Assembly (NCBI GenBank): GCA_003022255.1
Contig: PXPA01000011.1
Span: 1-41,337, forward strand
Direction of reading: 5' to 3'
Source of the DNA: Parcubacteria group bacterium SW_6_46_9
Lineage (GTDB): Bacteria; Patescibacteriota; Minisyncoccia; Phycocordibacterales; SW-6-46-9
Length of the DNA stretch: 41,337 nucleotides
Shown piece by piece: positions 1-9,517 of this stretch. Numbering within the stretch: position 1 is the first letter of the stretch; every line of letters begins with the position of its first letter. Made by a program: the position numbers and the translations under genes. Below the pieces are notes generated by a model. The model did not search any database. It saw only the letters and a program-made list of their open reading frames with translations, and had not been told where the DNA came from.

Positions 1-271
1 TTTCTACCGTACATTTTTTATGCACAAAAGCCGCCAGCCCGTACGGTTCTTCAATACTGGGACGGAAAAAGTGTTGATAGTCTTTAAGTGTCTGATCAAT
101 ATGACTAAGAATGTCCGGCATACGTTCTGGATCATCTAAACCTGCATCCGGTGAAAAATTGTTTACTTCCTGCAGACAAAATATATCAACCTCTTGCCGA
201 TACTGCTTGAAAAAATCTTTAAGCAAGTCAGGTTTTTTACCACCCCACACATTGAGCGTAAGTAATCTCAT
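1..271 (-). CDS. endonuclease/exonuclease/phosphatase (EEP) family protein, N-terminal part; the gene runs off the left edge
   Basis: Own translation of the minus strand from ATG at 271-269 gives MRLLTLNVWGGKKPDLLKDFFKQYRQEVDIFCLQEVNNF... The LNVWGG ... DIFCLQEV pattern is the N-terminal signature of EEP-fold enzymes. It is absent from the ORF track because the window edge truncates it. Confidence 0.6.
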   Translation of the reverse strand, partial: MRLLTLNVWGGKKPDLLKDFFKQYRQEVDIFCLQEVNNFSPDAGLDDPERMPDILSHIDQTLKDYQHFFRPSIEEPYGLAAFVHKKCTVE

Positions 272-287
272 GCGTCCATAATACCAA

Positions 288-305
288 AGCCGCCAGATGG
301 CGGCT
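288..305. repeat. GC hairpin agccgcc-agat-ggcggct within a duplicated ataccaaagccgcc..ggcggct block; possible weak terminator of the rhodanese gene
   Basis: A 7-bp stem lies just downstream of the rhodanese stop (331) and 17 nt upstream of the EEP start. The same block recurs at 2904-2931, again just 5' of a minus-strand start codon. Confidence 0.45.
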
Positions 306-330
306 CTTGTTAACTGTTATCTCTCGTGTT

Positions 331-615
331 TTAGCTTTCTGCTAAATTCTGCGCGACTGTGTCGGCTTCCTCTCCTTCAAGATCATATCCGGCCTCGGCC
401 CAGGATTTGAGTCCACCTTCATAATCAACTACGTTCATGAATCCGGCTTCCGCCAGATCAGCTGCCGCCTGTGGACTCAGGACGCAGGAATGACTGCCGC
501 AGTAGACAATTACTTCCACCGCCATGTCATCCACCGCTTCTTTGACTCGCTCGATAAACCCGTCTTCCTTGGCGGAAATACTGACCGCCCCGGGAGTATG
601 GGCGCGATCGTACAA
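331..615 (-). CDS. single-domain rhodanese-like sulfurtransferase; N-terminus unclear
   Basis: The ORF track gives a 94-aa protein starting at TTG. It contains AHTPGAVSI and VIVYCGSHSC, matching the GHIPGA and active-site Cys loop layout of rhodanese domains. Rhodanese-like sequence (STQELNSKLESDDHFSLVDTLGDE) continues in frame up to the stop at 721-723, with no ATG, GTG or TTG in that stretch. Confidence 0.7.
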   Translation of the reverse strand: MYDRAHTPGAVSISAKEDGFIERVKEAVDDMAVEVIVYCGSHSCVLSPQAAADLAEAGFMNVVDYEGGLKSWAEAGYDLEGEEADTVAQNLAES

Positions 616-986
616 CTCGTCGCCTAATGTATCAACAAGCGAAAAGTGATCATCACTTTCGAGTTTGGAATTTAGTTCTTGTGTAGAATTGGTAGAAAAT
701 TCCGCCCTGGGTGATTTGTGTTAATGAATAACCACTTGTAGTGGTACAGCATCTGTGGACTGATACCTAATACACAGCCAACTAAACCGCAAGGACGGCC
801 TACTCAGGAGTAAGATGCGGCCGGGAAATCCTGTACCACACCTCATGACCGACAAACAGTAAGTATACACCTGCCAAAACTTCAATGGATTCTTATAAAA
901 TGCACGCCACATTTACATCATAGATAACTAACCGTAAGGGTGGACGCTGTCTGTATTAGCTCATAAATGTAATTAGACAAAATATT

Positions 987-2501
987 TTACAGCACAAGTC
1001 GCCAGACCGGAAAGTACGCCAAAAGAAAGTAGTAAACAATCGGTGCTGTCGCAATCGGCACAAAAAAGGCATAAGAAAGCGGGTTGATGGCTCCAATGAG
1101 CGCTTCGTTGTCGTGAGCATGATAAGCAATCCAACGCCAAAAAATTGGTACCAGCGGTATAAACCAGAGTAAAACCACTGTTCCCCATAACATCAGCATG
1201 CCACACACCGACAAGAGCACATAAAATGCTAAGAACAATTTGTATTTAGAAGATAGGCCGGAAGCAGTGCCGTATACAGCGTTTCCCCACCACCAGAACA
1301 CAGCACCACATACCACAACCAGAATTGAAAACACAAGTAGTGCCCGCGGCCATGCCCCAAATCCATCCGCATACTGCACAGGCCCACCACCTGCCACCCG
1401 CGTTGTATTAGCACCAACGACAACACCGTTTGGTAGGTGGGTGCGACCATTTTGCTCTACTGTTTCTGTATTAGTGGGGATAAACGTGCGATTACCGGTA
1501 ATGTTGGTTTGGCCTGAAATCCCGTCGGATTCGGTGTTATCAGACGTCACCGACGGGAACGTACTGTTTTGTTTGCTCTCCACCTGACCAACACTGTCCG
1601 GAAGCACCAGCAAGTCACTATCACGAGTAATATTGCGCGGCTCGTAGGAAACCTTGCTGAACGTGAGGTGTAAACCACCAGCCTGGCCGACATCGTGTAG
1701 GCCGGGAACACGAAGTAGATCAGACAATGAAACCATGCTTTTGTAATGCATGTCTGCACCGGCCAGCGCGAGAGCGGGCTGTGAAAGCGTATACAGCTCA
1801 AAACTTCGCACCTCATCAGTCGGCGCCTTCATACTATACATCGGAAAGAATGGTGAGTCGGACGCAAATGAGATCGATACCGGATCCGGCGTTGCTTGCT
1901 TAGATGCTGACCCGGACGATATTTTCAGCGCCACGAAGTGAAAGCCGTCTAGGTTGGTGTAATGTGATAGCACATCCTCACCGTCGGAGTTAAGCCGGTA
2001 GTCATTATCAGCCAACCATCCTTCTAAAAGTTGAGCTGAGTTCGCTCTTAGTACAGTAGCCGTATACGAACCCACCTGCTTCTGATTTACCACCTCTACA
2101 AACTCGTCACCCCGTGCGGCAGACCGTGTCCCCAGCGTCCGAAATGATGGCAAGGATGGTAAAGCGGTATCTACAAAGTCTGGCTTTTCGTAGCTAATAA
2201 CATCAGTAATGTGCTCGAAAATATTTTCCGGCCCAGATTGCACTTTTGGTTCAGCCGGAACGGGTATCACAGCGCCGAAGTCTTGCAGTTTTGTATCAAA
2301 CGATGGTTGTACAGTGAGCGTCTCGTGCTGGCCGTTGTACTCAAGTAGCCACTTGTTTGTGCCGTGGGTTATCTGCGATTCGCCTTTTGTCAGGCTTTTC
2401 ACAGCCGCTACTAATTCACCGACCTCGTCGTCACGGCTATCATGTCCGGCAGTAGTGGTGCTGTCCGATGTAGATGAAAATAAGAAAATATTGTGCATCA
2501 A
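987..2501 (-). CDS. large envelope protein: soluble N-terminal region plus a polytopic C-terminal membrane region (possibly DUF2330-like)
   Basis: 504-aa ORF. The last ~130 aa are hydrophobic segments (LLVFSILVVVCGAVFWWW, LFLAFYVLLSVCGMLMLWGTVVLLWFIPLVPIFW, VPIATAPIVYYFLLAYFPVW). The family assignment is from memory only. Confidence 0.6.
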   Translation of the reverse strand: MMHNIFLFSSTSDSTTTAGHDSRDDEVGELVAAVKSLTKGESQITHGTNKWLLEYNGQHETLTVQPSFDTKLQDFGAVIPVPAEPKVQSGPENIFEHITDVISYEKPDFVDTALPSLPSFRTLGTRSAARGDEFVEVVNQKQVGSYTATVLRANSAQLLEGWLADNDYRLNSDGEDVLSHYTNLDGFHFVALKISSGSASKQATPDPVSISFASDSPFFPMYSMKAPTDEVRSFELYTLSQPALALAGADMHYKSMVSLSDLLRVPGLHDVGQAGGLHLTFSKVSYEPRNITRDSDLLVLPDSVGQVESKQNSTFPSVTSDNTESDGISGQTNITGNRTFIPTNTETVEQNGRTHLPNGVVVGANTTRVAGGGPVQYADGFGAWPRALLVFSILVVVCGAVFWWWGNAVYGTASGLSSKYKLFLAFYVLLSVCGMLMLWGTVVLLWFIPLVPIFWRWIAYHAHDNEALIGAINPLSYAFFVPIATAPIVYYFLLAYFPVWRLVL

Positions 2502-2549
2502 TTATATCCAAGGCTATAACAATGTCTAGCTAATTCCAACAAAAAGATT

Positions 2550-2891
2550 TCACCTGTATCTAACTACTGTAAAACGTGCGGTGCAGTGGTTGTAGTAACA
2601 CCATATAATCAACCAGGTCTTCCTTGGCGGAAATACTGACCGCCCCGGGAATATGAGCATGATTGTACGACTCGCGCCCAGTGAATCGGCAGCTGGCTTA
2701 CTTTTGTCAGTAACTTCTTCTCGGGTAAATCCATTAATATCAAGCGCTTCTTGAGCAACCCGTTTCTCATTCTCCATTTGACATTCCAGGTAAAACCGAT
2801 TCTCGGGCTGCTTAAACTCCACCGACCCCCCAGACACAACTGAGTGTTTGTCGGGATCAAGGCCGGTTGCTTCAATATCGAGAACAATCAT
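2550..2891 (-). pseudogene. chimeric remnant: N-terminal ~66 aa of a DnaQ-like DEDD 3'-5' exonuclease joined to a second fragment of a rhodanese gene
   Basis: MIVLDIEATGLDPDKHS matches the ExoI motif DxE. After ~66 aa the reading frame runs into 2621-2672, which is a near copy of rhodanese nucleotides 571-622. A different frame there reads GRESYNHAHIPGAVSISAKED. Confidence 0.65.
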
Positions 2892-2909
2892 GTGACCTCA
2901 TCATACCAA

Positions 2910-2931
2910 AGCCGCCTTTTGGCGGCTTTTT
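2910..2931. repeat. second copy of the ataccaaagccgcc-N4-ggcggct hairpin block, here followed by TTTTT on the plus strand
   Basis: The hairpin is agccgcc-tttt-ggcggct at 2910-2927, followed by T's. It sits just 5' of the exonuclease remnant start, in the same arrangement as at 281-305. Confidence 0.45.
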
Positions 2932-3229
2932 CTAGCGGTACGAGACTCCATCCTAGGGAATGTCACAGCCTGTTGGCAATTAAACTATTGTCCTGTAAGT
3001 TACAGAAGTAGAGCGCGCTCAGGTGAGTGCAGTTCGCGGAAGCACCGAGGAGCGAAATGAGCCCTACTAATCTACAGGTAAGGTGAATGAGAACCGGAGG
3101 TACTGACAAAGAAATGCACCAGCTGACGCGTTCGGAGATACATTTAAAATTGCTTTATCAGGCAGTTAATTAAGTGAACGACTCAAGTCGGCACGTATGT
3201 GCATCAGTTACAAGTTGTTGTAGATATGA

Positions 3230-3814
3230 TTACGGCAGTAGTTTTAATACGTCCCACCACGCATCAATGTATGATCCGCGTTCGTTTTGGTGCTCAAGAT
3301 AATAGGCGTGCTCCCAGACATCCAGACCAATGACCGGCGTGTAACCGTTTAGATACGGCGAATCCTGGTTAGCGGTTGAGTACACTTCAAGCTTATCGTC
3401 GCTGTTGCGAACAAGCCACGCCCATCCGCTTCCAAATACCCCCGAAGCCGCCTGCGCAAACTCGTCTTTAAACGTATCAACCGAGCCAAACTCATCCTCA
3501 ATGTCAGCCACCAAGTCTTCATCTACATCTTTTTCTGGCCCCATAATCTCCCAAAAAAGCCGGTGGTTCACGTAGCCGCCGCCGTTTTGCCGGATTGCTT
3601 TCCGATCCTCTTCGCTTACGTCAAGCGAATTGAGGTTTTCAAGCAGGCTTTCGGCAGACAAACCTTTTAAATCAGCATAACCTTCCACTGCGTTGTTTAG
3701 CTTTTTGGTGTAGCCGGCGTGGTGCTTGTTGTGATGAATGTTCATCGTCTGTTCATCAATTGCCGGCTCGAGGGCGTCATAGTCGTAAGGAACCTTGGGT
3801 AGTTCGTAAGACAT
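3230..3814 (-). CDS. sodA: superoxide dismutase, Mn-type by sequence signatures
   Basis: The 194-aa ORF has YDYDALEP, HHNKHH and DVWEHAYYL. GGGYVNHRLFW and ANQDSP are the Mn-type (rather than Fe-type) signature residues as I recall them. Confidence 0.9.
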   Translation of the reverse strand: MSYELPKVPYDYDALEPAIDEQTMNIHHNKHHAGYTKKLNNAVEGYADLKGLSAESLLENLNSLDVSEEDRKAIRQNGGGYVNHRLFWEIMGPEKDVDEDLVADIEDEFGSVDTFKDEFAQAASGVFGSGWAWLVRNSDDKLEVYSTANQDSPYLNGYTPVIGLDVWEHAYYLEHQNERGSYIDAWWDVLKLLP

Positions 3815-3929
3815 AAAAAAATGTATTAACTACTAATACGAGCCTGTTTTATTATATCGTATACAGCCCTTGAACTTGAAGCAGGGTTTGCTATCTTAAA
3901 GACAAGGATTACTCGTTAAACAATTACGT

Positions 3930-5346
3930 ATGTCAACCGATACCGTAACCCGTTGGCCAAACCGCTGGGTCTTCATTCTTGCTGCCGTTGGTTCGGCGGC
4001 CGGATTAGGAAACATCTGGCGATTTCCCTTTCTTGCCTTCGAGCATGGCGGAGCTGCGTTTGTTCTCGTGCTCATTCTGGCGACACTCATTGTTGGTTTG
4101 CCACTTTTAACCTTAGAAACCGGGCTCGGACAGAAAACAAAAATGGCTGCTCCGGCCGCTTTGGGTAGTATCAAAAAACCGTTACGTCTTGTCGGCTGGA
4201 CCGCGCTTGTGTTTTCCTTTTTTGTGATTGCTTATTACATGTCTGTGCTTGGCTGGGGGGTTGATTATCTGGCCAGCTCATTTGATCTGCTGTGGGCACA
4301 GGAGACCAGCTCGTACTTTTTTGATACTGTCTTGAACATTAGCGAAAGCCCCGGATCAATTACCGGCTTTTCCTGGCCGGTTGTGGCTGGTTTTGTTATC
4401 AGCTGGATTCTTGTCTACTTTTCTGTCTGGAAAGGTGTAGAAAGTGTCAGCAAAGTGGTTATCTGGACGGCAACACTACCGATGGCATTGCTTGTTATCC
4501 TACTTGTTCGCGCCGTGACACTTCCCGGTGCTGGGGCCGGCGCAAGTATTTTTCTCGCTGTCTTTGGCCTTTGGGATTATGATCGCTTACAGCAGCTACA
4601 ACGCGGATACGGCTCCGGTACTGGCAAATACCGTCTGGATTCTTATCGGTAACATTATCGTGAGCCTTCTCGCTGGCGCCGCCGTCTTTGGCACCTTAGG
4701 GTACATGGCAGCAGAGCAGGGAACCCAAATTGCCGAGGTTGTGGCCGGCGGACCATCACTAGTGTTTGTCGTTCTGCCGGAAGCGATATCCTTACTGCCT
4801 GCTTTCTCAAGCCTGTTTGCCGTCGCCTTCTTTGCCACGATTGTCATGCTGGGAATCGACAGCGCCTTCTCAATCCTGGAAGGTATTGCCGCTGGGTTCA
4901 AGGATGCCCTCCCTAATCTTTCCGTAAAAAAAGTTACGCTAACACTCTCTGCTGTTGCTTTTGTTGCCGGCCTGCCTTTCGTCACCGATGGTGGCTTGTA
5001 TCTGCTTGATACACTTGATCACTTTACAATCAACTATGGGTTAGTGGCAATCGGTGCACTGGAGGCCGGGATTGTCGGCTGGCTGTATGAAGATGAGCTC
5101 AAAGCGTATATCAACAAACGTTCAGGCTGGCAGGTGGGAAACCTGTGGAGCATAGCTTTAAAGTATGTGATTCCGCTGTTTTTGGCTGGTTTGTTTATCG
5201 TGAATACGTATCAGGAACTGCAGGCGCCGTATGAAAGCTATCCTGTCTGGCTACTACTTGCTGTCGGAGTTATTCCGGTTGCGCTAGCACCAGGCATTGC
5301 TTATCTTGTCGATTATCTCACATTCCAAAACGCAGAAACTGAGTAG
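3930..5346 (+). pseudogene. sodium:neurotransmitter symporter (SNF/NSS) family transporter, disrupted by a frameshift and a probable small deletion near 4528-4560
   Basis: ORF 3930-4652 has WPNRWVFILAAVGSAAGLGNIWRFPFLA. ORF 4528-5346 has AQVFFSLSLAFGIMIAYSSYN. These are consecutive NSS motifs in two frames. About 20 aa normally lying between TLPGA and QxFFSLS appear to be missing. Confidence 0.7.
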
Positions 5347-5371
5347 GCGTAAGAAAGTATCCAGTTCAATG

Positions 5372-5400
5372 AAAAACCGCCCTGCCCGGGCGGTTTTTTA
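5372..5400. terminator. bidirectional rho-independent terminator between the SNF gene and the 5422-5988 gene
   Basis: The hairpin is aaccgccc-tgcc-cgggcggtt, flanked by an A-run upstream and TTTTTT downstream. Confidence 0.75.
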
Positions 5401-5421
5401 CATGCTGGCTGTCCTTTTAAC

Positions 5422-5988
5422 TTAGGAACGGTCCTTGTCGATATGAGCGCCACTGCCCTGCTCAACCATATTCGGGTGCGCAGCCGGCCCGCGATACTCA
5501 GCGTCACCGAATCCTAAGATCGGCCAAAACACAAACGGCAACACCATCAAGCCAAACGTAAAGCCCATGCCTTTACCGAAAGACCGGGCAACGTCATACA
5601 GCATAACCACGCTCGCCAGCATAATAAGCTGCCAACACGCCACAATTAGTAGCCCAACAAGTATCGCCACGATCCCGCCACCAGCGAGCGCCGAAGTTAG
5701 CTCAATAGAGGATCCGCCAGCACCGGCTGCGTCGTAACCACCAGGCCCCTGCGCATTTGCCGCCCCGCCAAGCAGTAGCGAGAAAAGCCAGGGAAGCAGC
5801 GGCAAAATAAATGCCATCACCCACCAACCAGAGTGCCCACCAATTCGCAACATTATGGCGCTATTGTAGAACGGAATAATCGCTTTCCATCCACTTTCGC
5901 CGGCTTTCGTAAACACCTTCCAGACTCCGGCAACAGAGACAATCAAAACAGCGAAAATGATTCCCACCAAAGAAATGAAAACTTCCAT
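5422..5988 (-). CDS. small polytopic membrane protein (DUF5684-like)
   Basis: 188 aa. The N-terminal WKVFTKAGESGWKAIIPFYNSAIMLRIGGHSGWW resembles the DUF5684 signature as I recall it. It has several TM segments and a Gly/Ala-rich loop. Confidence 0.6.
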   Translation of the reverse strand: MEVFISLVGIIFAVLIVSVAGVWKVFTKAGESGWKAIIPFYNSAIMLRIGGHSGWWVMAFILPLLPWLFSLLLGGAANAQGPGGYDAAGAGGSSIELTSALAGGGIVAILVGLLIVACWQLIMLASVVMLYDVARSFGKGMGFTFGLMVLPFVFWPILGFGDAEYRGPAAHPNMVEQGSGAHIDKDRS

Positions 5989-6167
5989 ACTAACTAATAT
6001 AAGTTAAGAATAATACGTGAACCTCTACATGTAGTATACAGCACAAACTGACAGCATCCGTCTTTTCGGCCCCCTGCTTTCAGCGAGGGTTTAAAAATGA
6101 CAGAAATCCGCGTGGTCCTGCGTTAAAACTAAAAACAGAGGCTTAAATCCGTCTGTACACAACTAAC

Positions 6168-6202
6168 AAGAAAATGGAGGGGTTGGCGTATCCACCCCCT
6201 CC
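6168..6202 (-). terminator. rho-independent terminator of pncB
   Basis: On the minus strand the hairpin ggaggggg-tggatacgccaa-cccctcc is followed by ATTTTCTT, 13 nt after the pncB stop. Confidence 0.65.
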
Positions 6203-6214
6203 ATATACTGCCAT

Positions 6215-7507
6215 TTAGACAGTGAGTTTCTGCTTCGTGCGACCGGACGTGCCAAAAATATCCTTGAACCACTCGGCTCGTTCTCCGCCCTGCGCTTTCT
6301 CGGGGTTGTCAGACAGCTTAACCGTCTTCTTGCCAGCCGCTTCTGTCACTTTGATCACCACCGAAAACGGCTCGTAGCCGGGATCATGCGTCCGTGGCCA
6401 GACACCAGCACAGTTGTTAGTGAGATTCGTGCCGATACCAAACGTGTAAGTACCGACCTTGTGTCCGTGCTGTCTGTACAAGTTATTGACTCGTGTAGGG
6501 GTCAAACCATCACTGGGGATCAGCGTCCTATCCTGAGGATCAACACCGTGATCCTGCCACCAACTGATCACCTCTTCGGTGGCAACATCCGGATCCTTTG
6601 AGTCAAGACGCACTCCTTGGCAGTCTTCGGCCATCCACGCAGGGGCATTCTCAAGGAACTGGCTTGTGCCGAACGTATCCGGAAGCAGTACCGAAAGCTC
6701 TGGATAGATCTCATGCCAGCGTTTTACCACCTCATACTGCGACCGCCGGACCTCTTCGGGGTCATCATGTTCCGTCAGATTTGCTGCGATCATCGGCAGT
6801 TCATGCGCATTGGTCCCAATCGGATTACTGCTTCCCTGCTGTTTAGCCAGATAAACATTCGAGGTTCCGATGTACTGCTTAGGCAATTGCTCAGCCAGAA
6901 TATCCAGCACCTGCCTCTGGTGCTGAAAGCTATGACGGCGCCTAGTGCCGAAGTCGGCAAACGTCAGATCATACAGACGCAACTCCTCTACTGTAGACAA
7001 TGTTCGCTCAAGCATCCGGCCGTACAGACCCACAAACAATGAGTAGTAATACAGCTCCGATATAATCGGTAGCGCAATCGTCTCCCAGTAGGTTACTTCC
7101 TTCCAGGGGCCAGAAAAGGAAAGGTCAAACCGACCGTCATCAGTTACCTCCAGGTCATACTCAGGAAGCCGGAAGTCAGACAAAAAGTCGATATACGCAT
7201 CGCCAAACAAACGACCGCCGTCAAGTGGCAAACCACGCAGGTAAGCAAGCTCCGACGGCTGAAACCGCAAGTCCCGGGCGGCATCAAGCTGTTCGCGAAG
7301 CTGTGCTGGCGGGATAACCTCGGCCAACCGCACGTCATCCGACCGGACAGTCAGCGAGAACGTAGTCTCTGTGTCCGCCCAGTCATCGTACGTGTTGATG
7401 AACTGACCCATCGTGAACTTGTACATATCCGTGTCCAGAAGACTCTGGATAATCGGTTCATCAGAAGCTGGTGCAAATACGTCAGCAATGTTAAACAGAT
7501 TGCTCAT
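6215..7507 (-). CDS. pncB: nicotinate phosphoribosyltransferase
   Basis: The track ORF is 6215-7669. The likely true start is ATG at 7507 (MSNLFNIADVF...IIQSLLDTDMYKFTMGQ, the classic PncB N-terminus). Also present are FADFGTRRRHS and GTSNVYLA...GTNAHE. Confidence 0.85.
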   Translation of the reverse strand: MSNLFNIADVFAPASDEPIIQSLLDTDMYKFTMGQFINTYDDWADTETTFSLTVRSDDVRLAEVIPPAQLREQLDAARDLRFQPSELAYLRGLPLDGGRLFGDAYIDFLSDFRLPEYDLEVTDDGRFDLSFSGPWKEVTYWETIALPIISELYYYSLFVGLYGRMLERTLSTVEELRLYDLTFADFGTRRRHSFQHQRQVLDILAEQLPKQYIGTSNVYLAKQQGSSNPIGTNAHELPMIAANLTEHDDPEEVRRSQYEVVKRWHEIYPELSVLLPDTFGTSQFLENAPAWMAEDCQGVRLDSKDPDVATEEVISWWQDHGVDPQDRTLIPSDGLTPTRVNNLYRQHGHKVGTYTFGIGTNLTNNCAGVWPRTHDPGYEPFSVVIKVTEAAGKKTVKLSDNPEKAQGGERAEWFKDIFGTSGRTKQKLTV

Positions 7508-7697
7508 GGCTAAATGGATCTTGTGAAAAGTTGTGAAGGTGCAGTAAGGTACAAAAGTCTGCTTGGAATGCTTAAGCAAACTCAAGCACTCCAGACAAAC
7601 CCCGGCAGCTGCACGTGTGTCCTTGCAGCCGCCGGGAGAGTGTGAGTGTGTGAAAGTGAAAAAGAACAAACGAATCGCTCAGCACAGACGGAACAGA

Positions 7698-8471
7698 CTA
7701 AACCCCAAAACCGCCGACATCGCCATCAAACTGAGCCGTGCCCTGGCTGGCCTGCACGGCACTCCGAGAGAAGACGCCGAAGGCATCGCGGATCTCACTC
7801 TCGGTATTGCCGGGCGTAAGAATGCGGTCATCGGCGATACCCATATCTCCGAAGACGGTCCGGTAATCAGTTCGGCCGTCATCGATACCCATACCGACGA
7901 CGATAGACATCTCTTTGGCCAGCAGGTCATCGACCCAGTTTTTTACGTCGCCAACACTGTTGACGGACTCATTGTCGTCTCCGTCGGTCACAATTAGTGT
8001 GATGCTTCGCGCCATCACACCTGCGTTGGCGAACTTCTCAATCTGAGCGGCGACCGTTCCCAGCAGGTTGACCGACTCTTCATAGAGTGGTGTCCGGCCG
8101 GAGGGCTTGTAATTCGTCTGGTCCATCCGTAGCGCTTCATCAATCGGGCGGAAGTCATAAAAGACACCGCCGTTAAGATAGCGCGTATGGGCCAACACGG
8201 CATCTCGCTGTTTTGATGCTTGCAGCGCATCTATAACCGTGTTGTAACCAGAGCGGACTGCGTCAGTGTTGTTGTGATGCCGGATTGAACTTGAATCATC
8301 AATCAGCATCGTCACCAACAACACCTGGCTGGCAGTGACATCCTCGGTGCTGACACCTAAGCCCTTCTCAATCTGGTCGCTCAAGTCTGGGACGTTAACT
8401 GACCCAACCGTTTCTGGAGAAACGGTTGTGCCGGCCGCCTGCTTGAGCAGTGCTTCAGCTGAATCAGACAT
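7698..8471 (-). CDS. von Willebrand factor A (vWA) domain protein, TerY-like
   Basis: Likely start is ATG at 8471 (MSDSAEALL). LLVTMLIDDSSSI carries the DxSxS MIDAS motif, and ITLIVTDGDDN is the later vWA strand with Asp. At ~257 aa the size fits stand-alone TerY-type vWA proteins. Confidence 0.75.
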   Translation of the reverse strand: MSDSAEALLKQAAGTTVSPETVGSVNVPDLSDQIEKGLGVSTEDVTASQVLLVTMLIDDSSSIRHHNNTDAVRSGYNTVIDALQASKQRDAVLAHTRYLNGGVFYDFRPIDEALRMDQTNYKPSGRTPLYEESVNLLGTVAAQIEKFANAGVMARSITLIVTDGDDNESVNSVGDVKNWVDDLLAKEMSIVVGMGIDDGRTDYRTVFGDMGIADDRILTPGNTESEIRDAFGVFSRSAVQASQGTAQFDGDVGGFGV

Positions 8472-8526
8472 AACTGGTAGATAGTTAGTGCGACAGAGTG
8501 AATTATGAGCGTGTACGCCGTCCAAC

Positions 8527-9505
8527 CTACACGTCCAGCCAATCCGCCATCGGATCGGTGGACTGCACGACATTCATTCCGGCGTCACGATACCGTTGTA
8601 ACGCCTTCTGCGTTTGCTCGGTGAAGTCGGCACCAGGCACGACGACCGGCGACATGCAGTCCTCAAGGATGTACACCTTGCGTGCAAGCGCCTCGTCTCT
8701 GGCGACAATCTCGCCCAGAAGGTCATCAATCGTGGACTTAACGCAGTGACTGGCTGCCTGTCCGGCAATCAGCACTGCATCATTGTCCATCAGCGACTGA
8801 ATGAAGCTGGCATTCTTCTGGGCAAGCGGCTCTCCGTCGTGGCGAGTTGTAACCTCCGGCCCGAGAACGGAGTAGTTCTCCGTAAGCGGATTACCGCCCT
8901 TTACTTCCGGCCGAAAGTTAACACTGCGTACGTGCGAGTGAAACTCCACTGTCAGCAAGTTTCCGCACGTAGTGGTGTGTATACTGCACAAGCCACGAGT
9001 AATTATCAGTGCCGATTACCGTCTCGGTAATGCTTGGTTTCGGTCGCACACCTTTGTAAATAACCGAACCATCAAGGCTGGTATTCACGAGCGTACCGTT
9101 CTGCTCGACAATCAGTGTGTGCGGATCCAAAACTTCACCATCCGGCCCTTGCCAGAATGGTGCGGAGAAAATTTGAAACGGGACGTGCGTATCCAGCGTC
9201 ATCGTAATCTGACTGATGCCGGCCAGATTGCGGTAGATAAACTCCGCAATCCGCTGGGAATCCCGAATGGCACCATCTCCACTCTGGCCGGCCACATACA
9301 GCGTGCCTTCTCTATTGCAGAAATCACGCTGCACGTCAATGAGCAAAAGCTCAACGCTTTTGTCATCTGCTGCAGCCGGCGATACCGAGTTATTCTCCTT
9401 ATAGCTTCGGGCCGCCGTTTGGATTTCACTGATATCCGGGCTGTAAGCCCAGTCATCAGCGTTGTCAGAATCGTAGAATGAGGGAATGGGGAGTGTGCTG
9501 TTCAT
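8527..9505 (-). pseudogene. long isochorismatase-family hydrolase (PncA/nicotinamidase-like) with a 1-nt frameshift in 8918-8991
   Basis: ORF 8918-9505 has LLLIDVQRDFC. ORF 8527-8991 has LIAGQAASHCVKSTIDDL, the catalytic Cys region. The two frames overlap by 74 nt. This may equally be a sequencing indel. Confidence 0.65.
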
Positions 9506-9517
9506 CGGTCTAGAGAG

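Noticed and set aside
2931-3229. A further degenerate repeat-family copy or ncRNA in the 300-nt gap downstream of sodA, around ggagcgaaatgagccctac at ~3050-3075
   Set aside because: The similarity to the type-B core is limited to about 12 nt, and I could not align the rest.
6215-7669. The N-terminal 54-aa extension of pncB in the track ORF, and similar extensions of the vWA, nrtR, beta-barrel-like, Mth938 and csaA-like ORFs
   Set aside because: The extensions have odd composition (Cys, His and Phe rich). The conserved family N-termini begin at the internal ATGs, and in two cases the extension would overlap the upstream gene or the IS.
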